Positions 40,649-52,091 are shown, counted from the first letter of the stretch. The stretch is DNA of 64,000 nucleotides from a virus (IMGVR_UViG_3300032331_002067:1-64000); one strand, 5' to 3'. A program made the numbers and translations. Notes: generated by a model from the sequence alone, not told the origin.

Positions 40649-42334
40649 ATGTTAAAAGATTATATCGTAATCTCAAATAAAGCTGAAACCGTAAGTCGTA
40701 TCTCTTTAGAAAAGCTAGGTTTTTCTACTAAGAGAAATGACGCTAAGACTATTGGTCAATTTGGCTCTGGAATTAAATATGCACCAATTGCTGCACTAAG
40801 GAATGGACTTGAATGGTTCTTTACCGGAAATGATAACAATGGTCCATTCACTCTTGAATACATTGTTCAAGAAGAAGATGGAGTTGAGTGTATTGCTTAT
40901 AAGTATGGAGATCAAATTAAATCATCTTCTTTTACTCTTGAAGCAGGAGTAATGTCTTGGGAAGACCCATTCCAAATTTTACGCGAACCTATTGCTAATG
41001 CAATGGATGGAGCAACAGTAAATGAAGATGGATGGTATAACATTTTTGTTATTACTGTTGATACAGATGACCCAGAATCAATGAAAAAGCTTGAACCTCG
41101 TGAAGGTGTATTCTCTGTTTATATCACAGCATCTCCTAATCTAATGAAGGTTGTTAATAATTATGATGCATACTTCTCTGTAAAGCGTGAAGTATTGTTT
41201 GATAATCATTTTGGTAAACTTCTCGATAAGTTTGATAACACATCTCGATTTTATACATTAAATGTTCTTGTAAAACATGATGAAACAAGTAATTCCATTT
41301 TCGATTACCAATTCGATAGTCTTGAACTAAATGAAGAGCGAAGTGTTAAATCATTATGGGATCTTGACTACAATGTATCCAAAATGATTTGCAGTGTTAC
41401 TAATCCAGATATTGCTGAAGAATATATCTCTGAGTTTGTAGGGGCTAAAGCAGAGGATAGTGGTATTTGGGAACTAAATCGTTTGGCTAGTCAAAACTTC
41501 AAATATCACGGAAGCGATGTTTCTCACGAAGTTTGGCAGAAAACTTGGAATAATCTTTATACAGAAAAAGCTGTGATGCTTAATGGTGATCAGAATTCAG
41601 ATTCTCTTCGTTTGGCTGTTATTAGTCGTGGATATCAACCAATTGTTGTAGCTAATAAAACAGCTTACAATATTTTATCATCAATGGAAATCAAATCTCT
41701 TTTTGACATCTTGGGTGAACAAGTTGATTATGAAATTGATGACGATATTAGTGGATATCCTCGTTTGCTTGAAGCAATTGAAATTGCATCATCTTTTGAG
41801 ACCGGAATCATTCCCCTACAGAATGAAATTGGCGTGTTTGAAAGTAAAAAAGAAGGTGTAATGGGAATGTGCGTGAGTATTGGTGATAACAAAAAGCGTA
41901 TTGTCATTGAGAAATATCACGCCAAGAATGGAACAATTCAGGAACTTGTTGGCACACTGATTCATGAATTTGATCATTACAGCACTAATGTTGGTGATTC
42001 AGCCGATATGATTGGCAGAGAATTTAGGAATATTGCAGACACAAGAATTGGTGGATTGATGGTTGAACATTACAAGCAAAATATCCTCGAAAAGAAGTTT
42101 GGTGGTGCTTATATTGCAATCAGTAAAATGTCTTCAATGTCTAACCTAAACTACAGTTCAGAGTATTCTGAAATTCTTGGTAAAACAATCCTTGGTATTG
42201 GAGGATTGAGTTTCATTATTGAATGTAGCAAATCAGCGATTGAAAAATCAGGAACTTGTTTTGTTGATAATACAGGTAAATATCTGTATGTTCCTATTAA
42301 CGGAGAATTCGAAATCATAAAGGAGATTTTGTAA
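40649..42334 (+). CDS. GHKL-type ATPase (permuted motif order) fused to a C-terminal HExxH metallopeptidase-like domain
   Basis: LG.STK...IGQFGSGIK precedes REPIANAMD; LIHEFDH near the C-terminus. Confidence 0.7.
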   Translation: MLKDYIVISNKAETVSRISLEKLGFSTKRNDAKTIGQFGSGIKYAPIAALRNGLEWFFTGNDNNGPFTLEYIVQEEDGVECIAYKYGDQIKSSSFTLEAGVMSWEDPFQILREPIANAMDGATVNEDGWYNIFVITVDTDDPESMKKLEPREGVFSVYITASPNLMKVVNNYDAYFSVKREVLFDNHFGKLLDKFDNTSRFYTLNVLVKHDETSNSIFDYQFDSLELNEERSVKSLWDLDYNVSKMICSVTNPDIAEEYISEFVGAKAEDSGIWELNRLASQNFKYHGSDVSHEVWQKTWNNLYTEKAVMLNGDQNSDSLRLAVISRGYQPIVVANKTAYNILSSMEIKSLFDILGEQVDYEIDDDISGYPRLLEAIEIASSFETGIIPLQNEIGVFESKKEGVMGMCVSIGDNKKRIVIEKYHAKNGTIQELVGTLIHEFDHYSTNVGDSADMIGREFRNIADTRIGGLMVEHYKQNILEKKFGGAYIAISKMSSMSNLNYSSEYSEILGKTILGIGGLSFIIECSKSAIEKSGTCFVDNTGKYLYVPINGEFEIIKEIL

Positions 42335-42450
42335 TGGGTAAAATGACTTGGGCTATTTGTATCTTATTGGTATTTGTTGCCTTTCCAGTATTGGCAGTAT
42401 TAACATTAGGTTTTCTTTTAGCTATTATGCTAGGAGGAGGTGCTTAAATA

Positions 42451-42831
42451 ATGCCTAAATTTGAAAATTATTTTATTGTTGAATATCGTTATCCGGTAAA
42501 AGTAGAAGATGTTTCTACTGTTCAGGAAGCTATGTCAAAAGCAAACAGGATATGTGAAAGAGTATTTGGTTTCAAACCTGATAATTGGTTTGCAAGAATC
42601 TTTGAGTATTCAACAAGGCAAAAGGATCCCGGATTAGTAAAGGAATACTTTTATAATCCAAACTCATTGACCTATAGAGAGATTACAAAGAATTTTGGAT
42701 ACTTTTCACAACTATTAGCTGACGGTAAAACGCCAGATGATGTTATGAATTATGAAGAAGTCTTTGGTCGTCTTGAATCTGATGGTGAAGTTAAAATTAT
42801 TTATAAGGAAGAAAAAGATGGTGAAGGATAG
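42451..42831 (+). CDS. Hypothetical protein
   Basis: SD ggagg. Confidence 0.55.
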   Translation: MPKFENYFIVEYRYPVKVEDVSTVQEAMSKANRICERVFGFKPDNWFARIFEYSTRQKDPGLVKEYFYNPNSLTYREITKNFGYFSQLLADGKTPDDVMNYEEVFGRLESDGEVKIIYKEEKDGEG

Positions 42832-43255
42832 GATTATCCTTTGCGCTGGCTGTTCAGAAAGATTTAGTTCAAACAAGACCGAGGTTTATCGTAAAAAACG
42901 ATGCTGTGGAAATCAAAATTGTATTCAAGTAATTGATCAAAAAGTAGCCAACGCAAATTATAAAAGACAACAGAAGAAAATTAAGAATGGTAAATTCCGA
43001 CACGGAGTTCCAATTGATTTAAAACAAAAGGTATATGAAAGAGATGGGCATAGCTGCAAGTTGTGTCTTGGTCTTATTAAAGAAAAAGAAAGAGAAGTTC
43101 ATCACATTGTTCCTGTATCTGAAAATGGTGCAGATGATTTGAAGAATCTAATCTTGCTTTGTAATAATTGTCACACAACAGTTCACAAGAAAGGACACAC
43201 TAATTATTATGGCAAATTTAACACCTATATTGGAGACTTGGAAAAGATATCTTGA
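42818..43255 (+). CDS. HNH endonuclease (McrA-like)
   Basis: RDG..CKLC...EVHHIVP...G.....NL..LCNNCH. Confidence 0.85.
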   Translation: MVKDRIILCAGCSERFSSNKTEVYRKKRCCGNQNCIQVIDQKVANANYKRQQKKIKNGKFRHGVPIDLKQKVYERDGHSCKLCLGLIKEKEREVHHIVPVSENGADDLKNLILLCNNCHTTVHKKGHTNYYGKFNTYIGDLEKIS

Positions 43256-43468
43256 TGATAATGATCTTTATAAGTGGTGCGAGTCAATCGTATTTCTATT
43301 AGAGATTTTTTCAACAGATTTTGAATTCAAAGCGACACTTATTGACGAGGCTAATAAAGTTTTCTTACTGAAGCTTGATAATGATGCTAAATCGGATGTA
43401 TTTTTCTTCCTTCTAGGGAAAATGAAGTAATCATACGGATAGGTGATAAAATTGAATAGGTACAGAAA

Positions 43469-43828
43469 ATGAGAATTGACCCTTTTAGAGAACACAGAGA
43501 TAGCCTATTCACAGACTTTGCTTTGCAAATATTTAATGCACATGTATCAGATAACAGTCAAGATAATCTATCTCAATTGATGGATTCTTACCAATCAGAA
43601 GCAATGGATAATCCAGCATTTATGCCGGGAGTTATCTTTGGTTCAATGGTTCATATGTTTATGATGATACAGATGTTGGCAGAAGAAAGAGATATTGAAA
43701 AAGAAGATATGATTAAGGAATATACAGATTATTACAACATCAACAGGGTTAAATTAGCCAAGATGTTAGGTAATAGACCAGAATATGCGAATAAACTTAT
43801 TCGTGAAATGTTTAAAGATCCAGAATAA
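43469..43828 (+). CDS. Hypothetical protein
   Basis: ORF in operon. Confidence 0.55.
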   Translation: MRIDPFREHRDSLFTDFALQIFNAHVSDNSQDNLSQLMDSYQSEAMDNPAFMPGVIFGSMVHMFMMIQMLAEERDIEKEDMIKEYTDYYNINRVKLAKMLGNRPEYANKLIREMFKDPE

Positions 43829-43845
43829 TAGAAAGATAAAATAAA

Positions 43846-44436
43846 ATGGGATACTATATCGGAACAGAAGATGTAAATATCTTCCTAGACAAAGAACACT
43901 TTGATGATGTTTATAAAAGAATGTGCGAAATCAATGACTATGATGACCTAAAGCGTGGAGGTTCTTATGGTGGAGATGAAAAGCAAGTAGAAGGTCAAAG
44001 ATATAATAGCAAGAAATGGTTTTCATGGATGGCTTATGATTATCCTGAAACCTGTCCAGATATGAAATCAATTTTTGATGCATTGGGATTTGAATTAGAG
44101 TTTGATGAAAATGGTAACTTAGTTGGTCTTGGTTATTGGGATAAAGCTGGATCAGAAGATTATTTCTTATCTTGCTTTGCCGGTTATGTTAAAGACGGAA
44201 GCTATATCCAATGGAAAGGTGAAGAGACTGAAGATTATTACAGATATCTTTTCAAGGATGGTAAGATGATTTATCAAAGAGCAGAGATGATTCTTAAATA
44301 CTCAGATGAGAATTCTGAGACTTACGAATTTGGTAAACCATCCTCATCAGATGTGGCAATGATAGAGTGGTCCAGAAAAAGACAAGAAGAAGCAGAAAAA
44401 GCTAAAGCCCTTGCTGCGTCTGAGAATAACCAATAA
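43846..44436 (+). CDS. Conserved phage hypothetical protein
   Basis: MGY start; A.YV..GSYI.W.GE motif. Confidence 0.6.
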   Translation: MGYYIGTEDVNIFLDKEHFDDVYKRMCEINDYDDLKRGGSYGGDEKQVEGQRYNSKKWFSWMAYDYPETCPDMKSIFDALGFELEFDENGNLVGLGYWDKAGSEDYFLSCFAGYVKDGSYIQWKGEETEDYYRYLFKDGKMIYQRAEMILKYSDENSETYEFGKPSSSDVAMIEWSRKRQEEAEKAKALAASENNQ

Positions 44437-44646
44437 GATTATGCCTGTTATTACCTATAAGGTATAATAGATAGATTACTTTTTAAGGAGGTGATGTAGA
44501 TTGACATAAAATTTGTGGAACAAGTAGCATTATAAAATTTGCAGTAATCTTGTTTCGCAACCTTAGCAATACGCTAATACGGCTAATTGATGTGTTTGTA
44601 GATACAATCAATTTCCCGTAAAACCAAAAGTTTTAAGGAGCGAAAA

Positions 44647-45315
44647 ATGAAAACTAAAAATAAAATTAAAAACATGTTGTTATGTACAGCATTAATTACA
44701 GGAATGGTTGCAACTAATGCATCAGCAAAAGTTAATACAGTTCCTACGGAAATACCTCAACTAACTTTCAGTGAACTTGGAAAGCCAAGAGCTTTGGATT
44801 TATATTGGCATAGAATGGCTCAATGTGAAACCGGAGGCGATTGGAAAAACAAAGGTCAATGGTCAGGTGGTTTAGGTATTTATAAACAAACTTGGATTGG
44901 ATATGGCGGAAAAGAATTCGCATCTAAACCAGAATTTGCAACAATAGATGAACAAATTATTATTGCAAATAGGATCTCAACTCAGGGATATCAAACCAAA
45001 AATGAGTTCCGAACATTTGAGGATAGACAAAAGAATAGACCATTCTTTAGAGAACCAGTAGGCTTTAGCGGATGGGGATGTAAAAAGAATGTTGGAAATC
45101 CTGTGTTGTTTAAAAAATTCCCTGCGAAAACATTACTTCATCAATATCATCTTGGTGAAAGAGGTTCTCTTGTTAGTAACCTTCAAAAAATTATTGGTGC
45201 AGTACCAGTAGATGGATATTATGGTCCACATACTGATTCTGTTTATAATAAGTTTATGAACAAATACAGGAAGTATCTCATTGCCGAATACGAGAAATAT
45301 AAACATCTCTCATAA
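44647..45315 (+). CDS. Secreted Rpf-like lytic transglycosylase with C-terminal PG-binding-like domain
   Basis: Signal peptide (ASA); W..MAQCETGG.W...GGL.....W..YGG......A...EQI..A; L..G.RG..V..LQ.....DG.YGP.T. Confidence 0.85.
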   Translation: MKTKNKIKNMLLCTALITGMVATNASAKVNTVPTEIPQLTFSELGKPRALDLYWHRMAQCETGGDWKNKGQWSGGLGIYKQTWIGYGGKEFASKPEFATIDEQIIIANRISTQGYQTKNEFRTFEDRQKNRPFFREPVGFSGWGCKKNVGNPVLFKKFPAKTLLHQYHLGERGSLVSNLQKIIGAVPVDGYYGPHTDSVYNKFMNKYRKYLIAEYEKYKHLS

Positions 45316-45399
45316 GTAAGCAATAAGTAGCGGTTGATTGATACCGTAAAACCTCATGCCTGACATATGTGTGAATAAATTCAATCAATATGTCATTCA

Positions 45400-45471
45400 G
45401 CTTCTATAGTTAAAGGGATATAACTACGGACTTCTAATCCGTTATTTTAGGTTCGAATCCTAATGGAAGCA
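45400..45471 (+). tRNA. tRNA-Arg(TCT)
   Basis: Acceptor gcttcta/tggaagc, anticodon arm acgga-ctTCTaa-tccgt, T-loop ggttcgaatcc; no encoded CCA. Confidence 0.9.
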
Positions 45472-45473
45472 CT

Positions 45474-45529
45474 AAGAGATTAAGTATAGGTCGTTATTGG
45501 ATATTCCTTCCTATACTTAATCTCTTTTT
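45474..45529 (+). terminator. Long-stem terminator after tRNA
   Basis: aagagattaagtatagg...cctatacttaatctctt-ttt. Confidence 0.75.
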
Positions 45530-45633
45530 CTATACCCAAAAACAAGTAAAGAAAGGCATAAAGATTTGAGCGCATACTCAATTTATCCAAAAAGTAAACC
45601 TAAACAAGATGGCGTAAAGCTAAAAGGAAAAAA

Positions 45634-46050
45634 ATGACGAACAATCATATTAAAAGAAAACAGTTTATAGAAGCTGCTCAAAAGTTATGTAATCCAATTG
45701 TGGAATTGACTATTGCTTGGCAAGAGTTATCTAGTGAAGATAATGGAGAGACATCAATTGATTATCCATTTATTGGATCTTTTGATGAATGGGTTTATTC
45801 TTACAATGAATGGCTAGATAAGTTAGAAGAGAAGTTCTCGATAAAAACAGATGATTTCAAACCAACAATTACGGTTAAAGATTTGAAAACAATTTTGGAT
45901 AAATTAGATGATGACATTCAGATAGTTATACGAGATGAAAAATCAGATTGGTGGTTGAACATTGAATCACTTGAATTACCAGATGAAGATAATGGAAGCT
46001 TCACACTTACATTTAATCCAAAAGACAATTTTGATAACAGACAATTCTAA
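45634..46050 (+). CDS. Hypothetical protein
   Basis: SD aagga. Confidence 0.55.
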   Translation: MTNNHIKRKQFIEAAQKLCNPIVELTIAWQELSSEDNGETSIDYPFIGSFDEWVYSYNEWLDKLEEKFSIKTDDFKPTITVKDLKTILDKLDDDIQIVIRDEKSDWWLNIESLELPDEDNGSFTLTFNPKDNFDNRQF

Positions 46051-46670
46051 AGAAAGAAATAAGATGAGAACAAATATGAGCTGGTCAAATGATGATATTG
46101 AAGTACAAGATCATTATATTGAGACAGAGAACTATGAAGCATTAGCAATTTTCCATGCAGATTGTGCAAGTCAATTAATGCTGTCAATGAAACCAAAAGA
46201 AGGTGTATTTTATAACACGACTCCTTTCCCTTTTATTGAAGCACAAATTCATGCACAACTATCAACAACATTTGCAACACTTGCAATTAGTAGAGGAGTA
46301 GAAACCAATGAGAAAAAGTAAAATGGTAAAGCTAATCATTGAAGCAATTCAAAGACCCGGAGAAGATTATACAGATGGAGAATGTATGGATGAAGTTATC
46401 CAAATTGTAGAGAAAGCCGGTTATGACTTTAAATGGGATGAATGGCATAAATCACAAGATAAGAGTGCTGGTTATAGATTAATGCCAGTATCAGAATACA
46501 GGAGAGATTAAATGAGTAATGATGCTTATTTTGAAGCAGCAATGGATAATTATGAAGAGGAAGATGATGAGTATGAATCGGAAGATATTGATGAAGATGA
46601 AGAAGAAGGTTATTGCCCAGCCTGTGGTTTTCCAAATTGCAGCGGATTTTGTTTATAGGAAGGAAACATT

Positions 46671-46877
46671 ATGACTAAGTACAAGATATACGAATTATAC
46701 AATTATACATTGACTTACAATGTTGAAGCAGAAAGCGAAGAACAAGCAATAGAGCTAATGCAAGATGATCCTTATGAATATAGGGATTTTGAATTAGAAG
46801 ATAACGAAGAACACAATATGGTTTATAGGATTATAGAGAAAGTAGTAGAAAATGAAGAAGCTATTCGTAGTAACTAG
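46671..46877 (+). CDS. Small acidic protein, VEA.SE.EAI family
   Basis: Paralogous to 46852, 48847 and 50585. Confidence 0.55.
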   Translation: MTKYKIYELYNYTLTYNVEAESEEQAIELMQDDPYEYRDFELEDNEEHNMVYRIIEKVVENEEAIRSN

Positions 46878-47034
46878 GTTTTATCATTATGCAGAAATGT
46901 ATGATGTTGAAGCTGAAACAGAAAAAGAAGCAATTGAAAAATTAGAAGAAGGATTCTTGAGTGGTGAATTTGATGAGCCAGATGATATCTATCAAGAGTT
47001 TGATTTTTATGAAGCACAGGAGATAACAAAATGA
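46852..47034 (+). CDS. Small acidic protein, VEA.TE.EAI family
   Basis: YDVEAETEKEAIE. Confidence 0.55.
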   Translation: MKKLFVVTRFYHYAEMYDVEAETEKEAIEKLEEGFLSGEFDEPDDIYQEFDFYEAQEITK

Positions 47035-47318
47035 ATTCAATAGAAGCACTAGAAATATACCAAAAGATTGCAAGAGCAGATTGGTATTACAACTATTGTG
47101 ATGATTATGGTGCATTTTTAAAAGGTCAGGCTTCTTGCAGTGCTGTTAAATCTTTTATTGATAAAAGAGAATGGTCACAAGATGATGTTGAAATGATTAG
47201 AAATGAAGCAATGAACGCAATTGCATTAGATACAAGAAGTGATGAAGAATCGAAGAATAAAAGAGTTACTTGGTGGAATGAAAAGATCGACCAATTATTT
47301 AAAGGGAAAGTACAATGA
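47031..47318 (+). CDS. Hypothetical protein (DW.Y.Y.DD family)
   Basis: Paralogue of 47832. Confidence 0.55.
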   Translation: MNSIEALEIYQKIARADWYYNYCDDYGAFLKGQASCSAVKSFIDKREWSQDDVEMIRNEAMNAIALDTRSDEESKNKRVTWWNEKIDQLFKGKVQ

Positions 47319-47827
47319 CATTAATTACAAACGATTATGAAGCATTTGTGTTCATCAAAAATCATTTGCTTACGCAAAATGCAAAATCAATAGAAGACAA
47401 TGGTGATTGTTTATATCGAGGATATTCTCAAGAAAAAATTAATGAATTGAGAGATAGTGCTCATATTCTTGCCAAAGAAGAGTATGACATTGAGGAAGTT
47501 GGTTCATCATATTTTGATGATACTTACAATGATATTTTTCGTGAACTTGTACTTCAAACAGTTCCTGACGCAATGTGTGCAGTGGGTTGTATTGTTTTAG
47601 ATGACTTTTATGATTCCGAAATGGAAGGAAAAACAATTGAGTTTGAAGAATATGTTTGGGACTCTGTTGTTAAATCAAATCCTGCTTGGAAAATGACGGA
47701 ATCATCATATCGTTTGCTACAGAAATTGCAATCTATTCACGATACACATGAAGTAGATAGCTGGGAAGTTAATCTATCTCTATTGAATGTACAATTTGAT
47801 AAATACGGTGACTACACAGGAAGATAA
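47315..47827 (+). CDS. Conserved phage hypothetical protein
   Basis: HLL.Q...S...C.YRG...CAVGC...LQ.IHD. Confidence 0.6.
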   Translation: MTLITNDYEAFVFIKNHLLTQNAKSIEDNGDCLYRGYSQEKINELRDSAHILAKEEYDIEEVGSSYFDDTYNDIFRELVLQTVPDAMCAVGCIVLDDFYDSEMEGKTIEFEEYVWDSVVKSNPAWKMTESSYRLLQKLQSIHDTHEVDSWEVNLSLLNVQFDKYGDYTGR

Positions 47828-47831
47828 TGAA

Positions 47832-48098
47832 ATGATTACAGAAAAACAAGCCATTGATTGGTCAATTAAAATTAGAGATGCAGATTGGAATTATCATTAT
47901 ATTGATGATTATGTATCTTGGAATAGAGGTAGAGAAGAATGTCTTAGTGTCTACAATGACGCAAAAATAGCAAAACTTACTGATGATGATATTCAATTAG
48001 TTGTTGATGTCTTTCTTTCAGCAAGACAAACCAATACAGAAGAATATATCCAGACACAAACACAATTCATTACAGATATTTTTACAAGGAGTAGATAA
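47832..48098 (+). CDS. Hypothetical protein (DW.Y.Y.DD family)
   Basis: KIRDADWNYHYIDD vs KIARADWYYNYCDD. Confidence 0.55.
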   Translation: MITEKQAIDWSIKIRDADWNYHYIDDYVSWNRGREECLSVYNDAKIAKLTDDDIQLVVDVFLSARQTNTEEYIQTQTQFITDIFTRSR

Positions 48099-48236
48099 TG
48101 GAAAACGAACAGTCAAAAAATAAAAATAGTCGGTTCTCAAATAAACTTGATGCCGACCCAGTTGATTTTGGATTTACAAGGTCTGAAATTATGAAAATCC
48201 GTGGCTATGAACCAAAGAAAAAGAAAGCAAAAAAGA

Positions 48237-50108
48237 ATGGAAACTGACGATGAAGTGTTCCCTGAACGAATCAATGTAATGAAAGTTATTACATATGATG
48301 TTGAAGGCATTAGACAACAGATTGTTGCAGATAATGGAGAAGTAACTTTAGAAGAAGTTATGGACAGAATATATCTTTATGCAAAAGATGACTTTAGCTG
48401 TGGCTGGGGTCATGAAGCAAATATAAGAGATCTTATTTTTACAGATGAGAACGGAGAAGAGTACTGATGGAAATTGAAGACATTAGCCAAGATGTTTATT
48501 TTGCATTTGGTGAGGATTGGGCAACTGTTTATTATCAAGATAGAGCTGTTCAAAAGTTTAGCGGAAGCGATTCCTTTGATAAAGCAAAACAACTAGCTGA
48601 CCGTTTTAGTAGGTTAGGTAATACTTTGGAGGTAAGAGATGTTAGTTAAATACACAATTCATAGAATTGATACACCAAAACTTGCAATTAAAAATCACTG
48701 GACTGATGAAGCTAGTGAATACTGGAATAATGAAGATGGTTGGGGTCATAAATCAACTGCAACCGTCTTTGAGGATAAATATTACAATCTTCCATTAGAT
48801 GGAGAATGGGTTGAAATTTATATAAATGAGCCAGTAGGAGAATACAGTGCTTAAAACATACACAGTAACAGCAACCGGAACATATTTTATTCAGGCAGCT
48901 AATGAAATTGAAGCCCAAGACATTATCTACGAAGCAATGTTAGGCAATGGAGATACCAGTATTTTAGGTTGGGGCGAAATTCATTACGACATGAAAACAG
49001 TAGAGGGTTTTCATACAACTATAGAAAGGGTTGATTAGAAATGGCTCATTATTATTACTTGGTTTATTTTGACGAGGAAACAAAAGAATGGATTCACGAT
49101 GTTGATTCAGAAGAAATTCGCCTAGAAGGTAAGACTATTTGGAATACTGAAACGGAAGAATGGGAAAGTGGATACCTTGGAGATGGTATCTGGAATGATA
49201 AACAAGACAAGACTGATGAGATTATGAATGATGGACTTCAATATCTAAATCGTATCTCAGCAGTTTGGCATCTAAAAAAGGAAAAAAATGGAAACTGATT
49301 ATAAAACAGAGTTCAAGTTTGAATATACAAATACATGCACCTGCACATTCTATGACGAAGATAAAGATGAATATCTTGAATCATCAGATTGTTATGGAGA
49401 TTGTTGGGAATTTGTATTAGAAGACTTTAGTAATATCACAAAGAGTTTGTTTGATAAAAATGACACTCTGTGGTGGAAAGTATCTAATTTGAGATTATGG
49501 AATGGAGATACTTCAGGATTTGCTCACGCAGATACGCCGGCAAAGTTAATCCAAGCTATGACAGTAAATAGCTCTTGGACAATTACAGGAATAGTAATGG
49601 ATGATCATATTGAATATTCATTATCTCATCATGATGCCCCAACGGGAAGTAATACTCTATTATCAATTGTTACAGAAGAAGAAAGAGAAGAATGGGGGTT
49701 GTACTGATGAAATTTGATATTGAATGGCTAACCGAGAATGAGCCGAAACAAAGAACTGATGTTTTCTATTGTGAAGGTTATCACCATAGTCCAGTTTGTT
49801 TTATAACCGGGAATAAAAGAAAAGTTTTAATCTCTTGTGATGGTGAAATGACAATTAGATATAAGCATAGTGTCTTGAAAAACTTTTGGGACTTATTAGG
49901 TCATGGTATCAAAACAGATTCAGATTTAAAAAAGTTAGATCATGATAATTATGATGATGAACCTTGGTTTGCAGCCTATGACATTACTAATAATTATGAT
50001 GAAGTAGCAGGACATGAGACTTATGATGATTTAGGAATCATTGAAGGAAATCTTGATGAAATGATCAAGCTAGTAAAAGAATATCTTATAAAAGGAGAAT
50101 ACAGATGA
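48237..50108 (+). other. Run of seven small coupled hypothetical genes (48237, 48467, 48639, 48847, 49041, 49288, 49707)
   Basis: Overlapping start/stop codons and SD sites; no recognisable domains. Confidence 0.55.
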
Positions 50109-50443
50109 AAGCAATATTAATAACACCGGAAAATGAAATTGAAGTCCTTGATGAGGACTTTGATCTCAAGACAATTCAAAGCTATTTGGGAGGCTGGATT
50201 GAAGTTGTAAACTTTGGTCCGGATAATCCACATTTCTTTGCTTATATTAACGAAGAAGGAAAACTCAATGGTTTGCCAGAAAATGAGATTGTAACTACAT
50301 TTTGGTATAACTCAGGACAGCAGATTTTATTGGGAGATGTCATTGTAGGAAATGCATTGTTTTTTGGTCAAGTAGATGATGAGGGGAATGAGACAGATGT
50401 TCCTGATGATTTGATTGAGTTCTTTCGGATGATAAGAAAATGA
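50105..50443 (+). CDS. DUF3846-like protein
   Basis: L...Q..LGGWIE.V.....NEEGKL.GLP.N......D.IVG. Confidence 0.75.
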   Translation: MKAILITPENEIEVLDEDFDLKTIQSYLGGWIEVVNFGPDNPHFFAYINEEGKLNGLPENEIVTTFWYNSGQQILLGDVIVGNALFFGQVDDEGNETDVPDDLIEFFRMIRK

Positions 50444-50743
50444 GTAATAATGAACCATTTGAGTGGGGTATTCTTTGCACAAAATGCGAAGGACAAGCTG
50501 TGCCATTAGGCAAAATTGGCGACCTCAATTATTATAAATGCACAGATTGCGGAATGGATTACGCATACGAACATAGGGAATATAATGAAAAAGTATAGAA
50601 TAAGCGTATGGGCTTGTATTGAAGTTGAAGCTAAAGATTTAGAAGATGCATTAGATCAAGCACACGATGCAGTCATAGGCTGTAATATAAAAACAAACGA
50701 ATTTGAATTCGAAGCAGAAGAAATAGATTAGAAAGAAAATAAA

Positions 50744-51229
50744 ATGTCATTAAATTGGTCAACACAAAAAGTAGAATACTTTAAACAAAACCCAGACGAG
50801 CTTTGGGTAAAGTATCGTAAAGGAACACCTGAAGAATACGAAGATGTAAATGCTGAAACAAAAGCGTTGATTTTTGGCTCAATGGCTCTTGGGCTTGGAA
50901 GTATTACAGAAAAAAATGCTTCCGAATGGTATGCAAGATGGAAAATGTATGAGAAATATGATGGATTTTCATTGTATGCTATGTTCAAAGAAGATGGCAC
51001 ATATGAAGACATCTATTTAACCCCAGAAGTTATCCTAAAGCATATTGGATTAGGTATGAATGTTTCTGACGAAACAACAGCAAATTGGTGCAAGCGTTTT
51101 AGTAAGCCTAGATATAAAGAAGAAACTGACCGACCTACTTTTGTTCAAGCAAAAGCTATGGTTATTGTTTTGAAAATGGAATTTGATTCCTTAATCAAAG
51201 ATCTCAATAAAGAAATGGAGACAGTATAA
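50744..51229 (+). CDS. Conserved phage hypothetical protein
   Basis: MSLNW...ITEKN..E.Y.R....HIGL..NV. Confidence 0.6.
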   Translation: MSLNWSTQKVEYFKQNPDELWVKYRKGTPEEYEDVNAETKALIFGSMALGLGSITEKNASEWYARWKMYEKYDGFSLYAMFKEDGTYEDIYLTPEVILKHIGLGMNVSDETTANWCKRFSKPRYKEETDRPTFVQAKAMVIVLKMEFDSLIKDLNKEMETV

Positions 51230-51997
51230 TGGCGGGTAAGAAACCAGCTAAAGTTAATTCAGCTACACAGAAAGAAAAGGTAACGATACAGCCCGGAAAA
51301 GCTGTAAAGTATCTTAGTTTAGTAAAAGGTGCAAATCCTTTCGTCTGTCCTACTTGTAATCGTAATCTATTTAAAGGGATTCTTTATGAGCACGATAATA
51401 AGACATACTGCAAGCGTACCTGTATCCCAAAAGTGGAGGCATAGTAATGAATTTAGGAAGCCTTAGTATCTTTAGAAACTCTCTTCAAATCAGAGAGTTT
51501 GCTAGAGGATATATTGCAGCAATGCCATTACAAAACAAATACCAAGATGAATATGATGAATGGCATGCATTCTCTGATGATATCGATATTAACTTCTATG
51601 TTATAGATGGATACATTAGGGCAACGGCTTATAAAGTCATTGATTCAATGATAGATACAGATCAAGAAGAATTGATCTACGAAGAAAAACTACTACTCAA
51701 ACAACTAATCAAGAAAGAAACCTATAAATGAGTAAAACAAAGAACCTAAAGACAACGACAGAATTTCCATGTGGTCAAATGATTACAACAGTCAGAACCA
51801 TGACTGATAAAGAAATGTTGGAAGAAGGTTGGGAGCGTAGGCATTATGAAAGCGTGAACCCAACTTGTTTTGTATTATCTGATGGATCTATTCTTTATCC
51901 TTCTTGTGATGAAGAAGGTAACGGACCGGGAATGTTTTTTGGAATAGTTGATGGAAGCCATATTGCTATCTCTTTAACAGAGAAAATTAGCTCATAA
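51229..51997 (+). other. Three small hypothetical genes (51229 Zn-finger, 51447, 51728)
   Basis: Coupled ORFs with SD sites. Confidence 0.55.
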
Positions 51998-52052
51998 AGT
52001 TGAGATTAATTGTCCTAATACAATAGGATAATTGTCATAAGGATTATATAAA

Positions 52053-52091
52053 GAAAGGAGGGGTATGCGTAAATCGTGTACCTCTCCTTTT
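52053..52091 (+). terminator. Stem-loop terminator
   Basis: aaaggaggggtatgcg-taaat-cgtgtacctctccttt-t. Confidence 0.6.

Noticed and set aside
44500-44640. c-di-AMP (ydaO) riboswitch upstream of the Rpf gene
   Set aside because: The conserved GCTGAAT, GGGG and GTCAGCTAAC elements are absent.
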